Below are positions 10,282-19,898 of a DNA stretch of 64,000 nucleotides, one piece after another; the first letter of the stretch is position 1; the number at the start of each line of letters is the position of its first letter. Below the pieces are notes generated by a model. It made no database searches. It worked only from the letters and a program-made list of their open reading frames with translations, and had not been told where the DNA came from. Source of the DNA: Acidimicrobiales bacterium (lineage in GTDB: Bacteria; Actinomycetota; Acidimicrobiia; Acidimicrobiales; SZUA-35); assembly GCA_028285495.1 (NCBI GenBank), contig JANQPB010000038.1, positions 34,161 through 98,160 on the forward strand, given 5' to 3'. Both the position numbers and the translations under genes were made by a program.

Positions 10282-11932
10282 TCCGAGTGGCGACGTGGCG
10301 GCGGAGGCCGCGCCCCGATCGAGGCGCACGGTCGACATCGACGACTGGGACGTCGAGGACGAGGCCTTCTGGGAGGGAACCGGGAAGCGGATCGCCACCC
10401 GGAACCTGTGGATCTCGATCCCGAGCCTGCTGTGCGGGTTCGCGGTCTGGCTCTACTGGAGCGTCATCACGGTCCAGATGCTCAACCTCGGCTTCCCGTT
10501 CGAGCAGAGCGAGCTGTTCACCATCACCGCCATCGCCGGGTTCACCGGCGCGACGTTCCGGATCCCGAACAGCTTCTTCATTCGCCTGGCCGGCGGCCGC
10601 AACACGATCTTCCTGACGACGGCGCTCCTCATGATCCCCGCCGCCGGCACCGGCATCGCCCTGCTGAGCCAGGACACACCGCTGTGGGTCTTCCAGCTGC
10701 TCGCGTTCCTGTCCGGTCTCGGCGGCGGCAACTTCGCCTCGTCGATGTCGAACATCAGCTTCTTCTACCCGAAGCGGATGCAGGGGCTGGCGTTGGGGCT
10801 GAACGCCGGGCTCGGCAACGCCGGCGTCACGACCATGCAGGTCCTCATCCCTCTCGTCATGACCAGCGCCATCTTCGGGGGTGGCGGCATGATCCTGGAG
10901 CAGACGTCCGGCACGCTGATCGGCAAGATCGATGCCGGGACCGAGACCTGGATCCACAACGCCGGCTTCGTCTGGTTGGTGTTCCTCGTCCCGCTGGCCT
11001 TCCTCGGCTGGTTCTGGATGAACAACCTCAGGACCGAGCAGGTCTCCCCGAAGATCGGCTCACCGGTCTCCGCCTTCGCCAAGATCCTCGGCATGCTCGC
11101 CATGACGGCGCTGCCGGCGGCGGCCGGCCTGGCCGTGATCCTGCCGAGCCCTACCGGGCTCGGTGCACCATCGGTGGCCAAGTGGCCGGTGATCGCCGCC
11201 GTGCTCTGGGCCACGGTGTGGCTGCTGAAGCGACTCCCGGGCGAGATCCGAACCAGCCTGGATCGCCAGTACCAGATCTTCGGTCACAAGCACACGTGGA
11301 TCATGAGCGTGATCTACACGATGACGTTCGGCAGCTTCATCGGCTACTCGGCCGGCTTCGCCCTGGCCATCCGGGTGATCTTCGGCTTCAAGCACATCGA
11401 GGTCGACGGCGTCCTGACCCACGACACACCCAACCCCGACGGTCCGTCCGCCCTGACGTTCGCCTGGATGGGCCCCTTCATCGGGGCGTTCATCCGCCCG
11501 CTCGGCGGCTGGATCGCCGATCGGGTCGGAGGCGCGCTCGTCACCCAGTGGGTGTCGATCGCCATGACCGGCAGCGCCCTCGGGGTGGCGTGGTTCATGC
11601 GGGAGGCCTATCGCTCGGAGACGCCCGAGGACTTCTTCCTGCCCTTCTTCCTCCTGTTCCTGCTGTTGTTCGCCGCCAGCGGCATCGGCAACGGCTCGAC
11701 CTTCCGGACCATCGCCATCGTCTTCGACCGGGAGCAGGCCGGGCCGGTGCTCGGATGGACCTCCGCCGTGGCCGCCTACGGCGCCTTCATCGTTCCCCAG
11801 GAGTTCGGGGCGCAGATCCGCAACGCCAGACCGGAGTACGCCCTGATCGCCTTCGCCGCCTTCTATCTGGTGTGCGTGGTCCTCAACTGGTGGTACTACC
11901 TCGGCCCGCGAGCGGAGTACCAGAATCCGTGA
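10274..11932 (+). CDS. narK: MFS nitrate/nitrite transporter, copy 2
   Basis: MFS profile, NarK motifs (GLGGGNFASSM, GLNAGLGNAGV). Overlaps the previous gene by 8 nt. Confidence 0.85.
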   Translation: MSDPSGDVAAEAAPRSRRTVDIDDWDVEDEAFWEGTGKRIATRNLWISIPSLLCGFAVWLYWSVITVQMLNLGFPFEQSELFTITAIAGFTGATFRIPNSFFIRLAGGRNTIFLTTALLMIPAAGTGIALLSQDTPLWVFQLLAFLSGLGGGNFASSMSNISFFYPKRMQGLALGLNAGLGNAGVTTMQVLIPLVMTSAIFGGGGMILEQTSGTLIGKIDAGTETWIHNAGFVWLVFLVPLAFLGWFWMNNLRTEQVSPKIGSPVSAFAKILGMLAMTALPAAAGLAVILPSPTGLGAPSVAKWPVIAAVLWATVWLLKRLPGEIRTSLDRQYQIFGHKHTWIMSVIYTMTFGSFIGYSAGFALAIRVIFGFKHIEVDGVLTHDTPNPDGPSALTFAWMGPFIGAFIRPLGGWIADRVGGALVTQWVSIAMTGSALGVAWFMREAYRSETPEDFFLPFFLLFLLLFAASGIGNGSTFRTIAIVFDREQAGPVLGWTSAVAAYGAFIVPQEFGAQIRNARPEYALIAFAAFYLVCVVLNWWYYLGPRAEYQNP

Positions 11933-11961
11933 GCCGAACCGAACCGACCACAGGTGCAACC

Positions 11962-12675
11962 ATGGACACCATCGACCCCGACACGTTGCTGGCCGACCTG
12001 GTCGACGCCAACCCGAACCTCGCTCCCGTCCTCGACGACCTCGGCCTCGACTACTGCTGCGGCGGCCTCAACAAGCTCGCTGACGCCGTTGCCCAGGCCG
12101 GTCTCGACCTCCGCATCGTGATCGGCGAGCTCTCGGCCGTCGAGCAGAGCCTCGGCGAGCCAGATTGGGCCGGCCTCGACCTGGCCGAGCTCGTCGACCA
12201 CATCGAGACCACCCACCACCGCTGGTTGCGAGCCACCCTGCCTGGTCTCACGACGCTGGCCGACAAGGTCGAGGCGACCCACGGGGACCGCCACCCCGAA
12301 CTCCACGAGGTCAGCCGACTCGTCCACGAGATCAGGGTCGACCTCGAACCCCATCTCGCCAAGGAGGAGCAGATCCTCTTCCCCATGATCCGCCAGCTTG
12401 CCGCCGCGGCGACGATCCCGGCCCTCTCCTGCCGCACCCTCCGAGATCCGATATCGGTCATGCTGACCGAACACGACCACGTCGGTGATCTCCTCGGCCG
12501 ACTGCGGGCGGGTACCGCCGGCTTCACCGTCCCGGCCGATGGGTGCGCGAGCTACCGGGCACTCTTCGATCTACTCCGGGAGCTGGAAGCCGACACCCAC
12601 CTCCACGTGCACAAGGAGAACAACGTGCTGTTCCCGGCGGTTCAGGCCGCCGAGCAGTCGTTCGGCGACACCTGA
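11962..12675 (+). CDS. Di-iron Fe-S cluster repair protein (RIC/ScdA/YtfE family, hemerythrin-like)
   Basis: ATG at 11962 within ORF 10408..12675. ScdA_N motif LGLDYCCGG, then hemerythrin-type His/Glu motifs (HHRWL, HLAKEEQILFP, HLHVHKENNVLFP). Confidence 0.85.
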   Translation: MDTIDPDTLLADLVDANPNLAPVLDDLGLDYCCGGLNKLADAVAQAGLDLRIVIGELSAVEQSLGEPDWAGLDLAELVDHIETTHHRWLRATLPGLTTLADKVEATHGDRHPELHEVSRLVHEIRVDLEPHLAKEEQILFPMIRQLAAAATIPALSCRTLRDPISVMLTEHDHVGDLLGRLRAGTAGFTVPADGCASYRALFDLLRELEADTHLHVHKENNVLFPAVQAAEQSFGDT

Positions 12676-12708
12676 CCGCACCATCGGGATCACGGCCACG
12701 CCAGTGGT

Positions 12709-12786
12709 CGTCAGCGCCGGCACGACACCCGGGCCAGCACAGAACCGTGACCCCACCTTCCGGGGTCGACCCGTCAACCATGAACC
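12709..12786 (+). repeat. Left copy of a 78-bp imperfect direct repeat (candidate island boundary)
   Basis: CGTCAGCGCCGGCACGACACCCG... aligns without gaps to 33924..34001. I count 68 of 78 positions identical by hand. Weaker similarity extends ~20 nt further upstream. Confidence 0.7.
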
Positions 12787-12992
12787 CCGGGCTTCGCCTC
12801 TTGGGTTGACTTGGTTCGGTTTCGTAGCAGCGAGAGCGGGCCGAGGGTGGTGGCGATCCATGCGGCGAGGGGCCAGGCTGCGGTCTCCGTGGCGATGATG
12901 ATTGCGGCCCAGCTGGCCGAGATGAAGAGCCAGAGCCATGGCAGGCTGGCCTGCAGGCGGCGTTGTCGGCCGTTGGTGGGCTCAGGTCGCAT
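12774..12992 (-). CDS. Hypothetical small two-TM membrane protein
   Basis: ORF 12774..13001 taken from the ATG at 12992. Two hydrophobic helices (LPWLWLFISASWAAIIIA, AAWPLAAWIATTLGPLSLL) and G/C-biased third codon positions by eye. No recognisable family. Confidence 0.3.
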   Translation of the reverse strand: MRPEPTNGRQRRLQASLPWLWLFISASWAAIIIATETAAWPLAAWIATTLGPLSLLRNRTKSTQEAKPGVHG

Positions 12993-13031
12993 CGTTGGCA
13001 CCGGCGTCGATGAGGAGGACCAACAGGGTGG

Positions 13032-14054
13032 TCATGACGATTCGTCGGTCGTGGCTGGCTGGAACGTTGCGTGACGGAGGAACGTGCGGATGGTGGTGAG
13101 CGTCCGGTCCCGGTTGTCCCAGAACATGTCGTGGCCTGCGTCGGGGATGATGGCGAGCTCCGCGTTCGGGTAGGCGTCGGCGTGGCGGGCTTGGAGGTCG
13201 GGTCCGATCCAGGTGTTGCAGGCGCCGGCCAGGAACAGCACTGGCCCGTCGAATGCTGCGGTGTCGGCGCCTTGTGCGGTGAAGGTCTCTCCGGCCAGGG
13301 CGTCACCGGCGGTCTTCCCCCATCGCCATGACGGCGCGCCCCAGGCTCGGTCTGGGCAGTGGTAGGGGTTGTCGGGGTGGTTGGTGAAGGCAGGCAGGAT
13401 GCGTTGCCCGACGAGGTAGTCGGCGGTGGCGTGGTCGTCGGGACCATCGACGTGTTGGGCTTCGAATCCGGCTTCGATGGCGAGGCGGGTGTAGGCCCAT
13501 CCGGACATCAGCTCGTCGTAGCGTTCCTGCCACGCCTCGTACTCGGTGTCGTCGAGGTAGCCGGGTTCGGCGAGGACGGCGGCGGCGACCCGGTCGGGGT
13601 GATGGCGGAGGTACCCGGCGGCCAGGGTCGCTCCCCAGGAGTGCCCGATCAGGACGACGGGGGTGTCGGGGCTGTCGTGGCCGATGAATGCGTCGAGGTC
13701 CTCGAGGGCGGTGGTCGGGGTGAGGTGGTCGGCGGTGGTTCGGGCGGAGAGGCCGGCACCTCGTTGGTCGTAGAAGACCAGGTGGTAGCGGTCGGCGAGG
13801 TCGGTGAGCGCGAGGAGGGATCGATAGTCCCCGCCGGGGCCGCCGTGGAGCACGATCACGGTCGGGTGGTCGGGGTTGCCGTGGGTTTCGGCGTGGAAGA
13901 GGTGTCCGTTGAGCTCGACTCGGGGCAGGTCGGGGTCGTCGGCAACGGTTGGGAGGACCTGGTAGTCGCCGGCGGCTCGGACGTAGAGTCCGATCACGCC
14001 AGCGAGTCCGGCGACGGCGACGATCCCGAAGCCGATCAGGATTCGGATGATCAT
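13032..14054 (-). CDS. Alpha/beta hydrolase (proline iminopeptidase-like) with N-terminal membrane anchor
   Basis: VIVLHGGPGGDYRSL oxyanion region, nucleophile elbow GHSWGA, N-terminal TM (IIRILIGFGIVAVAGLAGVIGLYV). Confidence 0.85.
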   Translation of the reverse strand: MIIRILIGFGIVAVAGLAGVIGLYVRAAGDYQVLPTVADDPDLPRVELNGHLFHAETHGNPDHPTVIVLHGGPGGDYRSLLALTDLADRYHLVFYDQRGAGLSARTTADHLTPTTALEDLDAFIGHDSPDTPVVLIGHSWGATLAAGYLRHHPDRVAAAVLAEPGYLDDTEYEAWQERYDELMSGWAYTRLAIEAGFEAQHVDGPDDHATADYLVGQRILPAFTNHPDNPYHCPDRAWGAPSWRWGKTAGDALAGETFTAQGADTAAFDGPVLFLAGACNTWIGPDLQARHADAYPNAELAIIPDAGHDMFWDNRDRTLTTIRTFLRHATFQPATTDESS

Positions 14055-14135
14055 GGCCGCACTCCGATCAACGACCGAGTGGCTTCGGCGTGTGGTGCTG
14101 GCTGGCTCGAGTGCATTGGCGGATCGCCTTTCGGG

Positions 14136-14678
14136 TTAGGGGGTGACCCAGAGCTCGGGGTTGGGGCCGGTGGTGATGACGGCGCCGGTTACGTTCACTG
14201 GGTTGGGGGTCCACGAGACGCCGTTGCCCGTGGTGAGCTGGTTGCCGAACAGGGCGTCGAGGTTGGAGGTTGGTTCGCCGGCCAGTGCGATGCTGGGTTC
14301 GCCACATTGAGGCGGGTCGGACTCGGCCAGAGCGGCGCACAGGCGGGGGATCTGGTCGACGGTGACGACGAACCCGGCGACCTGGTGGAGGTTGTCGTCG
14401 CCGATCTCGAGGACCTCGGCGACCGAGAGTGGTGTGTCGGATGGTGCGGTGGTCGCCGGGGGCTCGGTGCCCGTCGAACCCGTCGATGTGGGAACTGTGG
14501 TTGGCGTCGTGGTGGCTAGCTGGTCGCTGGTGGTCGTCGTCGGGTCGGTACCGGCGGTGGTGTTGTCGTCGCTGCCGCAGCTGGCGAGGGCCAGGACGGC
14601 GACGAGGACGACGGGGCCGAGCCATCGCCCCAGGATTGATCGATCCGATGTCGTGACGAGCTTGAGGTCGGTGGTCAT
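14136..14678 (-). CDS. Hypothetical lipoprotein
   Basis: Signal peptide with lipobox LALASC followed by a Thr/Pro-rich linker. No family recognised. Confidence 0.6.
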   Translation of the reverse strand: MTTDLKLVTTSDRSILGRWLGPVVLVAVLALASCGSDDNTTAGTDPTTTTSDQLATTTPTTVPTSTGSTGTEPPATTAPSDTPLSVAEVLEIGDDNLHQVAGFVVTVDQIPRLCAALAESDPPQCGEPSIALAGEPTSNLDALFGNQLTTGNGVSWTPNPVNVTGAVITTGPNPELWVTP

Positions 14679-14771
14679 GGGGAGCTTCCTGGTGATTGGT
14701 TGCGGCTGTCGTTTGTCTGAGGACTTGATGCTCGGGGGCGGTGGTATGGGTGGTCTTCACACTCGTGGTCT

Positions 14772-14787
14772 TCTCACCCGGGTGAGT
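14772..14787 (-). promoter_or_regulatory. Palindrome copy a (TCTCACCCGGGTGAGT), candidate LAL operator/promoter
   Basis: 15 of 16 positions palindromic. It lies ~101 nt upstream of the lipoprotein start. In gene orientation it is followed after 21 nt by CCCATACC. Confidence 0.5.
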
Positions 14788-14861
14788 CCCGGCGCCCAGG
14801 GGCGTTCGGCTGGGCTGGGGATGTGCCGGGGGCCGCCCCTGGGCACTGATGTGTCGGCGGA

Positions 14862-15662
14862 TCAGGGGTCGCTGCGGTGGGTGACGACGATGCCGATGAG
14901 CAGGGCGGCTGCGGCGTAGCCGGCGAAGATGAGGGCGCTGGTGGCCGGCGGGAAGGCGGTCGCTTCGTCTTCGTTGATGATGCCGAGCATGCCGTTGCCG
15001 GCGACGAAGGGCAGGAAGCGGGCGTAGCGCTCGTCGATGAAGACGGTGCCGAGACTCTCGACGACCAGCCACCACACCAGCAGCCCGGAGATGGCGGCTG
15101 CGCTGTGGCGGGCGATGAGACCGATCCCGAGACCGAGGAGCCCGGACAGGGTGGCGAACCCGACGGACCAGCCGACCGTGGACGGGATGGTGGAGGTGTC
15201 CCCCATCTCGACTCCACCGATCGTGGCCCCACCGAAGCCGGCGGCCAGGCCAGCCGCTGCGAGGGCCGCAGCGAAGACCGCGACGGTTGCGGTCTTGGCT
15301 GCGATCACGACGTGTCGCCGGGGTTGGGCGGCATAGGTCTGGGGCAGGGTCCGGTGTTCGGCCTCGGTGGTGATCGTCAAGATCCCGGCCACCGCGGCGA
15401 ACACGGCGGTGAAGACGGTCGAGAACGAGAACACGCCGGCCACGGTGACGACCTCGTCGGTGACGAGGGTGGCGACGAGAAAGGCGGCGAGGCCGCCAAC
15501 GAGGACGGTGAGAGCGGCGACGGCCCGGTAGGAGCGGACGGTTGTCAGCTTCACCGTCTCGCTGCGCAGGGCCGCCATGATGCCGGGTCCACGCCCGGTC
15601 GGTGCCCGCTCGGCGGCGGGTTCGGCTGCGTGGTTGAGGGGTGGGGTGGCGAGGGTGGTCAT
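14862..15662 (-). CDS. ABC-2 type transporter permease
   Basis: Six-TM profile typical of ABC-2 permeases, immediately downstream of the ATPase gene. Confidence 0.75.
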   Translation of the reverse strand: MTTLATPPLNHAAEPAAERAPTGRGPGIMAALRSETVKLTTVRSYRAVAALTVLVGGLAAFLVATLVTDEVVTVAGVFSFSTVFTAVFAAVAGILTITTEAEHRTLPQTYAAQPRRHVVIAAKTATVAVFAAALAAAGLAAGFGGATIGGVEMGDTSTIPSTVGWSVGFATLSGLLGLGIGLIARHSAAAISGLLVWWLVVESLGTVFIDERYARFLPFVAGNGMLGIINEDEATAFPPATSALIFAGYAAAALLIGIVVTHRSDP

Positions 15663-15701
15663 GGGATGTCTCTCCGTTCGTGTGCTGAGGACTGTGGGTG
15701 G

Positions 15702-16598
15702 TCAGGTCGAGGCGAACTCGGCTGAGCTGTGGGTCAGGTCGACCAGGACGTCCTCGAGGGAGGCGTGGTGGTCGGTGAGTTCGTCGAGGCGGATCTGGTG
15801 GTCGAGAGCCAGCTGGGCGACGGTCGATCGGTCGGCGCCGGTGACGCTGAGCCGGTCCCGGTCGGTCCGTTCGGAGGCCAGGCCATGTTCGTGGAGGAGC
15901 TGTTCGAACCGGTCGGCGTGCTCGGTTTGGGCCACCACTGCGGTCTCGGCAGCGCCGGCGATGGACTCGATCGGTGCGGCGGCCAGGAGCCGGCCGGCGC
16001 CGATGACGACGATGTCGTCCGCGAACATGGCCAGCTCGCCGATGAGGTGGCTGGACACGAACACGGCCCCGCCCTGGTCGGCGTAGTCGCGTAGGAAGGT
16101 GCGGAGCCAGCGGATGCCGTCGGGGTCGAGCCCGTTTGCCGGCTCGTCCAACATCAGCGTCTCGGGCTCACCGAGCAGGGCGGCGGCCAGGGCCAGGCGC
16201 TGACCCATGCCGAGCGAGAACCCGCCCACCCGCTCATCGGCGGCCGTGGTCAGCCCGACCTGGTCGAGGACGGCGTCGACCCGGCTGGTGGGGATGGCGC
16301 TCGCTGTGGCGAGGGTGCGGAGGTGGTTGCGGGCGCTGCGCCCGGGGTGAGCGGCGGCCTCCAAGGCGACCCCGATGGTGCGGGCCGGATGCGCCAGCGC
16401 CCGGTAGGAGGTGCCGTTGAAGGTGACGGTGCCGGTGTCGGGTCGGGTGAGGCCGACCATCATCCGCATGGTGGTCGACTTGCCCGATCCGTTTGGGCCG
16501 ACGAACCCGGTGACCCGCCCGCTGGTGATGCTGAACGAGAGGTTGTCGACGGCTCGGCGGGAGCCGTAGGTCTTGGTGAGTCCTTCGACGGTGATCAT
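15702..16598 (-). CDS. ABC transporter ATP-binding protein (DrrA/ABC-2 type)
   Basis: ORF 15702..16823 trimmed to the ATG at 16598 (MITVEGLTKTYG). Walker A GPNGSGKST, signature LSLGMGQRL, Walker B LMLDEP. Confidence 0.9.
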   Translation of the reverse strand: MITVEGLTKTYGSRRAVDNLSFSITSGRVTGFVGPNGSGKSTTMRMMVGLTRPDTGTVTFNGTSYRALAHPARTIGVALEAAAHPGRSARNHLRTLATASAIPTSRVDAVLDQVGLTTAADERVGGFSLGMGQRLALAAALLGEPETLMLDEPANGLDPDGIRWLRTFLRDYADQGGAVFVSSHLIGELAMFADDIVVIGAGRLLAAAPIESIAGAAETAVVAQTEHADRFEQLLHEHGLASERTDRDRLSVTGADRSTVAQLALDHQIRLDELTDHHASLEDVLVDLTHSSAEFAST

Positions 16599-17317
16599 CG
16601 GACCACCTCGGCGTTGGCGGTGGTCGGGGTGGGGTTGCGGAACAGGACGACACCGACCCAGGCGAACCAGGCGATGAGGCCGAGGCCGAAGACGATGCCG
16701 ACGTCTTCGAGGCCGGGGATGACGGTGATCAGTCCTGAGATGGCGCTGATGATGCCGAGGGCGTTCAGCGAGCGAGGCAGGGCTTTGGTGGTCCAGGCGG
16801 CCACGCTGACCAGGAGGACCCACATGCCGCCGACGAGCTCGTTACCGCCGCCGAGGCCGTTGGTGACGGCGTCGATGCTGGACCACAACGCCTCGGCCTG
16901 GGCCGGGTCGGTCTCGGCCAGGTCACCGACGGCGGTGATGCCGATGTTGTGGATCATGCCGGTGGCGAACATCAAGCCGGCCCAGATGTAGGCGAACACC
17001 GCCCCGATGTCGGCCAGCTGGGGGCTTGCGTCCCGGAGCCGGTGGTGGAGGGTCCGGGCCAGGGGGATGATGGCCGCCCCGAAGACCAGGAAGATCACGA
17101 GGTACCAGACGAAGAACGTGGCCTCGTTCTCGCCGAGGAAGGCCACCGACTCGGCCGGCGTCGGGTCACCGGAGGTGTAGTCGATCAAGCTGGTGGCGAA
17201 CAGCGCGATCCCGAAGATGAACGTGGCGGCAGCCACCAGCGCGCCGATGGCCCCGGCTTTCGCCCCGCTGGGTTCGTGCCCGGCCGGGCTCTGGGTGGTG
17301 ATGAGTGTGTTGGTCAT
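16595..17317 (-). CDS. Multi-pass membrane protein, DUF4386-like
   Basis: About six hydrophobic helices. ATGA overlaps with both neighbouring genes. Architecture resembles 28645..29367, but the family call is tentative. Confidence 0.6.
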   Translation of the reverse strand: MTNTLITTQSPAGHEPSGAKAGAIGALVAAATFIFGIALFATSLIDYTSGDPTPAESVAFLGENEATFFVWYLVIFLVFGAAIIPLARTLHHRLRDASPQLADIGAVFAYIWAGLMFATGMIHNIGITAVGDLAETDPAQAEALWSSIDAVTNGLGGGNELVGGMWVLLVSVAAWTTKALPRSLNALGIISAISGLITVIPGLEDVGIVFGLGLIAWFAWVGVVLFRNPTPTTANAEVVR

Positions 17318-17568
17318 GGGTCTTGCCTTTCACTGGTTGAGTTGGTGGGTTGATGTGCATCGTGGGGGGTGAGGCTGATGATCTCGGCGGTGACCGAGGT
17401 GAGGTGGGCCAGAACGCCGTGGAGGTGGGCGGGGTCTCGGATGACGCCAGTCAGCCGGGTCCTGCCGGGTTCGGGGTGGTCGACGGCGAAGTCGTCGAGT
17501 AGGGGGCGCAGGATGCGCTCGGTGGCACGGCCTCGGACCACGATCTCGTAGGTGGTTGGCTCGTTCAT
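17314..17568 (-). CDS. Small conserved hypothetical protein (84 aa) heading the exporter operon
   Basis: ORF 17314..17619 trimmed to the ATG at 17568 (MNEPTTYEIVVRGRATERIL). A truncated paralogue with an identical RBS context lies at 27208. Confidence 0.6.
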   Translation of the reverse strand: MNEPTTYEIVVRGRATERILRPLLDDFAVDHPEPGRTRLTGVIRDPAHLHGVLAHLTSVTAEIISLTPHDAHQPTNSTSERQDP

Positions 17569-17618
17569 GGCCTCACCATCCCCGACGACGATGTGAGCCC
17601 ACATCACCACGCCGGCCA

Positions 17619-17634
17619 TCTCACCCGGGTGAGA
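17619..17634 (-). promoter_or_regulatory. Palindrome copy b (TCTCACCCGGGTGAGA), candidate LAL operator in a divergent promoter region
   Basis: Perfect 16-bp palindrome. Its centre is 58.5 nt from the small-protein ATG. It is followed after 21 nt by CTCACATC. Confidence 0.55.
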
Positions 17635-17693
17635 TCGCCGCCCGACGGCACCCGACCCGCCGGGATCGAGACACGCTTTCTAGGCTTCAGGTC

Positions 17694-19898
17694 GTGGATG
17701 GTGAAACGGGGGTCACCTCGGTCGACACGATGACCCTGGTTGGCACGAAACTGACGGCGCCGACGCCACCGGCCCGCCTCGTTCGACGTTCCCGCCTCGA
17801 TGACGCACTGAGCACGGCGGTGCAGGATCCGGCGGTCAGGGTGGTCCTGGTCAGCGCCCCGGCCGGATCGGGCAAGTCGACCCTGGTGGCCGGGTGGTTG
17901 GAGACCACCGGCACCGCAGCGGCGTGGTTGCAGGCCGATGGCGCCGACCACGACCCCGCCCGATTCTGGTCCCATGCCATCGCCGCCGTCGCCCGCCGGC
18001 TACCCGACCTGGAGCCGGCCGTGGCCCCGGCGATCCCCGGGTCTGCCGCCGATGCCCGACCCCTCATCGAGCGGTTGACCAACCACCTCACCACCCAAGC
18101 CGAGCCCGTGGTGTTGGTCATCGACGACTACCACCTGATCGCCAACCCCGACATCGACCACGGCATCGAACAACTCGTCGACCTCGCCCCGCCTTCGTTC
18201 ACGCTCATCGTGTCTTCTCGGCTCGACCCGACCCTGCGGCTCTCCAGACTGCGGGTCCGGGGACACCTCGCCGAGATCCGAGCTGACGACCTCCGGTTCG
18301 AACCCCAGGAAGCAGCAGGCCTGCTCGACCACCGAGGCGCCGCCCCGCTCCCCCATCAGATCGCCGCGCTCTGCGAACGAACAGAAGGATGGGCCGCCGG
18401 CCTCGTCCTGGCCGGGATCTCCCTCGCCGACAGCACCGATGCCGACGCGTTCGTCGCCGCGTTCCAGGGCGACGACCGGCTCGTCGTCGACTACCTGACC
18501 GAGGAGTTCCTGGCCGGTCTCGTGCCCGATGACCGACACCGGCTCCTGCAGACCTCGATCCTCGAGCGGCTCTCCGGGCCTCTCATCGACGCCGTCTGTG
18601 GCACGAACGATGGCGCCGGATGGCTACGTCGGATGGCGGCCGCCAACCAGCTCCTGATCGGCCTCGACCGGACGGGGACCTGGTTCCGCTACCACCACCT
18701 GCTTGCCGACCTCCTGAGGGTCGAGGCCGAGAACTCGATCCAGGCCGAGCTGGCGCAACTTCACCGGCGTGCCGGGGCCTGGCACCGCCACAACGGGACC
18801 GCCCTCGCCGCCGTCGAGCACTACCTTCACAGCGGCGACCACGCCGACGCCGCCGACCTCATCTGGGACGACGCAACCGAGCTGCTCAACAGCGGTCAAC
18901 TCGCCACCCTGCAACGCCAGATAGCCCGCCTCGGACCCCTGGCCGACCAGCATGTCGGCACCGCAACGGTCAACGGCTACCTCGCCCTCTTCACCAGACG
19001 CCTGGGCGACGCCCGCCACTACCTCGACCTGGCCCGCACCCTCGAGCCCAACAAGAACCAGACCCGACTCACCATCGCGCTGGCCGTCTACATCGCCATC
19101 GCCTCCGGCGACGTCGCCCGCGCACTCGAAGAAGCCCAGGCGTCCGAACATCCGACCGAGTCGGCCCAAACGCTGAGCCTGATCTGGGCTCACACCTGGG
19201 GCGGAGACCTCGATGCCGCCGAAGCCCTGCTCCCCGTGGCCGAGCGGCTCGCCGACCAAGAACACAACACGCTCGTCGCCGGCAGCGTCCCGATCTACGA
19301 GGGCATCATCGCCATCGAGAGCGGCCGCACCGCGGACGCCCGCCGGGCCGCCGAGCGGGCCCTCGAGATCGCCGAGGCGAACGGATTGGCCGATAGCACC
19401 AACGTCGCGCTGGCCCACAGCATCATCGGCCTCACCAGCGACGACCCCGCCCAAGCGATTGCAGCCGCGATGAGGGGGGTCGAGCTGGCAGACGAGACAG
19501 CCCTGATCCTCAGTCGCGGCTATGCGCTGGTCTCGGCCGCCGACGTGTTGTCTCGGCTCCAACATCCCGACAGCGACGCGATCCTGGGGCAAGCCCGAAC
19601 GGTCATCGACCGGTGCCCCGACCCCGGCATCATCGGCCAGTACGTCAACCAAGTCGAGGCCCGCCGCGGCACCCTACCCGCTCTGCCCGAGACCCCTGGG
19701 CTGGTGGAACGACTGACCGATCGCGAGCAGGCGGTTCTTCGCTACTTGCCATCGCAACTGACCCAGCGGGACATCGCCAACGAGCTCTACGTGTCGCTCA
19801 ACACCATCCGGACCCACTGCAAGTCGATCTACCGCAAACTCGGCGTCGGCGACCGCAAGACGGCGGTCCAGGCCGCCCGGGACAACGGCCTGCTCTGA
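17694..19898 (+). CDS. LAL/MalT-type LuxR-family regulator (STAND ATPase + TPR-like + C-terminal HTH), copy 1
   Basis: ORF 17556..19898. GTG at 17694 chosen by alignment with paralogue 3 (VDGE.. versus MDGE..). Walker A SAPAGSGKST, Walker B VVLVIDDYH, C-terminal LTDREQAVLRYL...SLNTIRTHCKSIYRKLGV. Confidence 0.9.
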   Translation: MDGETGVTSVDTMTLVGTKLTAPTPPARLVRRSRLDDALSTAVQDPAVRVVLVSAPAGSGKSTLVAGWLETTGTAAAWLQADGADHDPARFWSHAIAAVARRLPDLEPAVAPAIPGSAADARPLIERLTNHLTTQAEPVVLVIDDYHLIANPDIDHGIEQLVDLAPPSFTLIVSSRLDPTLRLSRLRVRGHLAEIRADDLRFEPQEAAGLLDHRGAAPLPHQIAALCERTEGWAAGLVLAGISLADSTDADAFVAAFQGDDRLVVDYLTEEFLAGLVPDDRHRLLQTSILERLSGPLIDAVCGTNDGAGWLRRMAAANQLLIGLDRTGTWFRYHHLLADLLRVEAENSIQAELAQLHRRAGAWHRHNGTALAAVEHYLHSGDHADAADLIWDDATELLNSGQLATLQRQIARLGPLADQHVGTATVNGYLALFTRRLGDARHYLDLARTLEPNKNQTRLTIALAVYIAIASGDVARALEEAQASEHPTESAQTLSLIWAHTWGGDLDAAEALLPVAERLADQEHNTLVAGSVPIYEGIIAIESGRTADARRAAERALEIAEANGLADSTNVALAHSIIGLTSDDPAQAIAAAMRGVELADETALILSRGYALVSAADVLSRLQHPDSDAILGQARTVIDRCPDPGIIGQYVNQVEARRGTLPALPETPGLVERLTDREQAVLRYLPSQLTQRDIANELYVSLNTIRTHCKSIYRKLGVGDRKTAVQAARDNGLL

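Noticed and set aside
12709-12786. Whether the 78-bp direct repeat is a duplicated tRNA 3' fragment (classical tRNA att site) or a structured small RNA.
   Set aside because: It has no similarity to the adjacent tRNA-Ile sequence. The differences between the two copies do not preserve any hairpin, since the GACCCC/GGGGTC stem exists only in the left copy. Kept as a DNA-level repeat.
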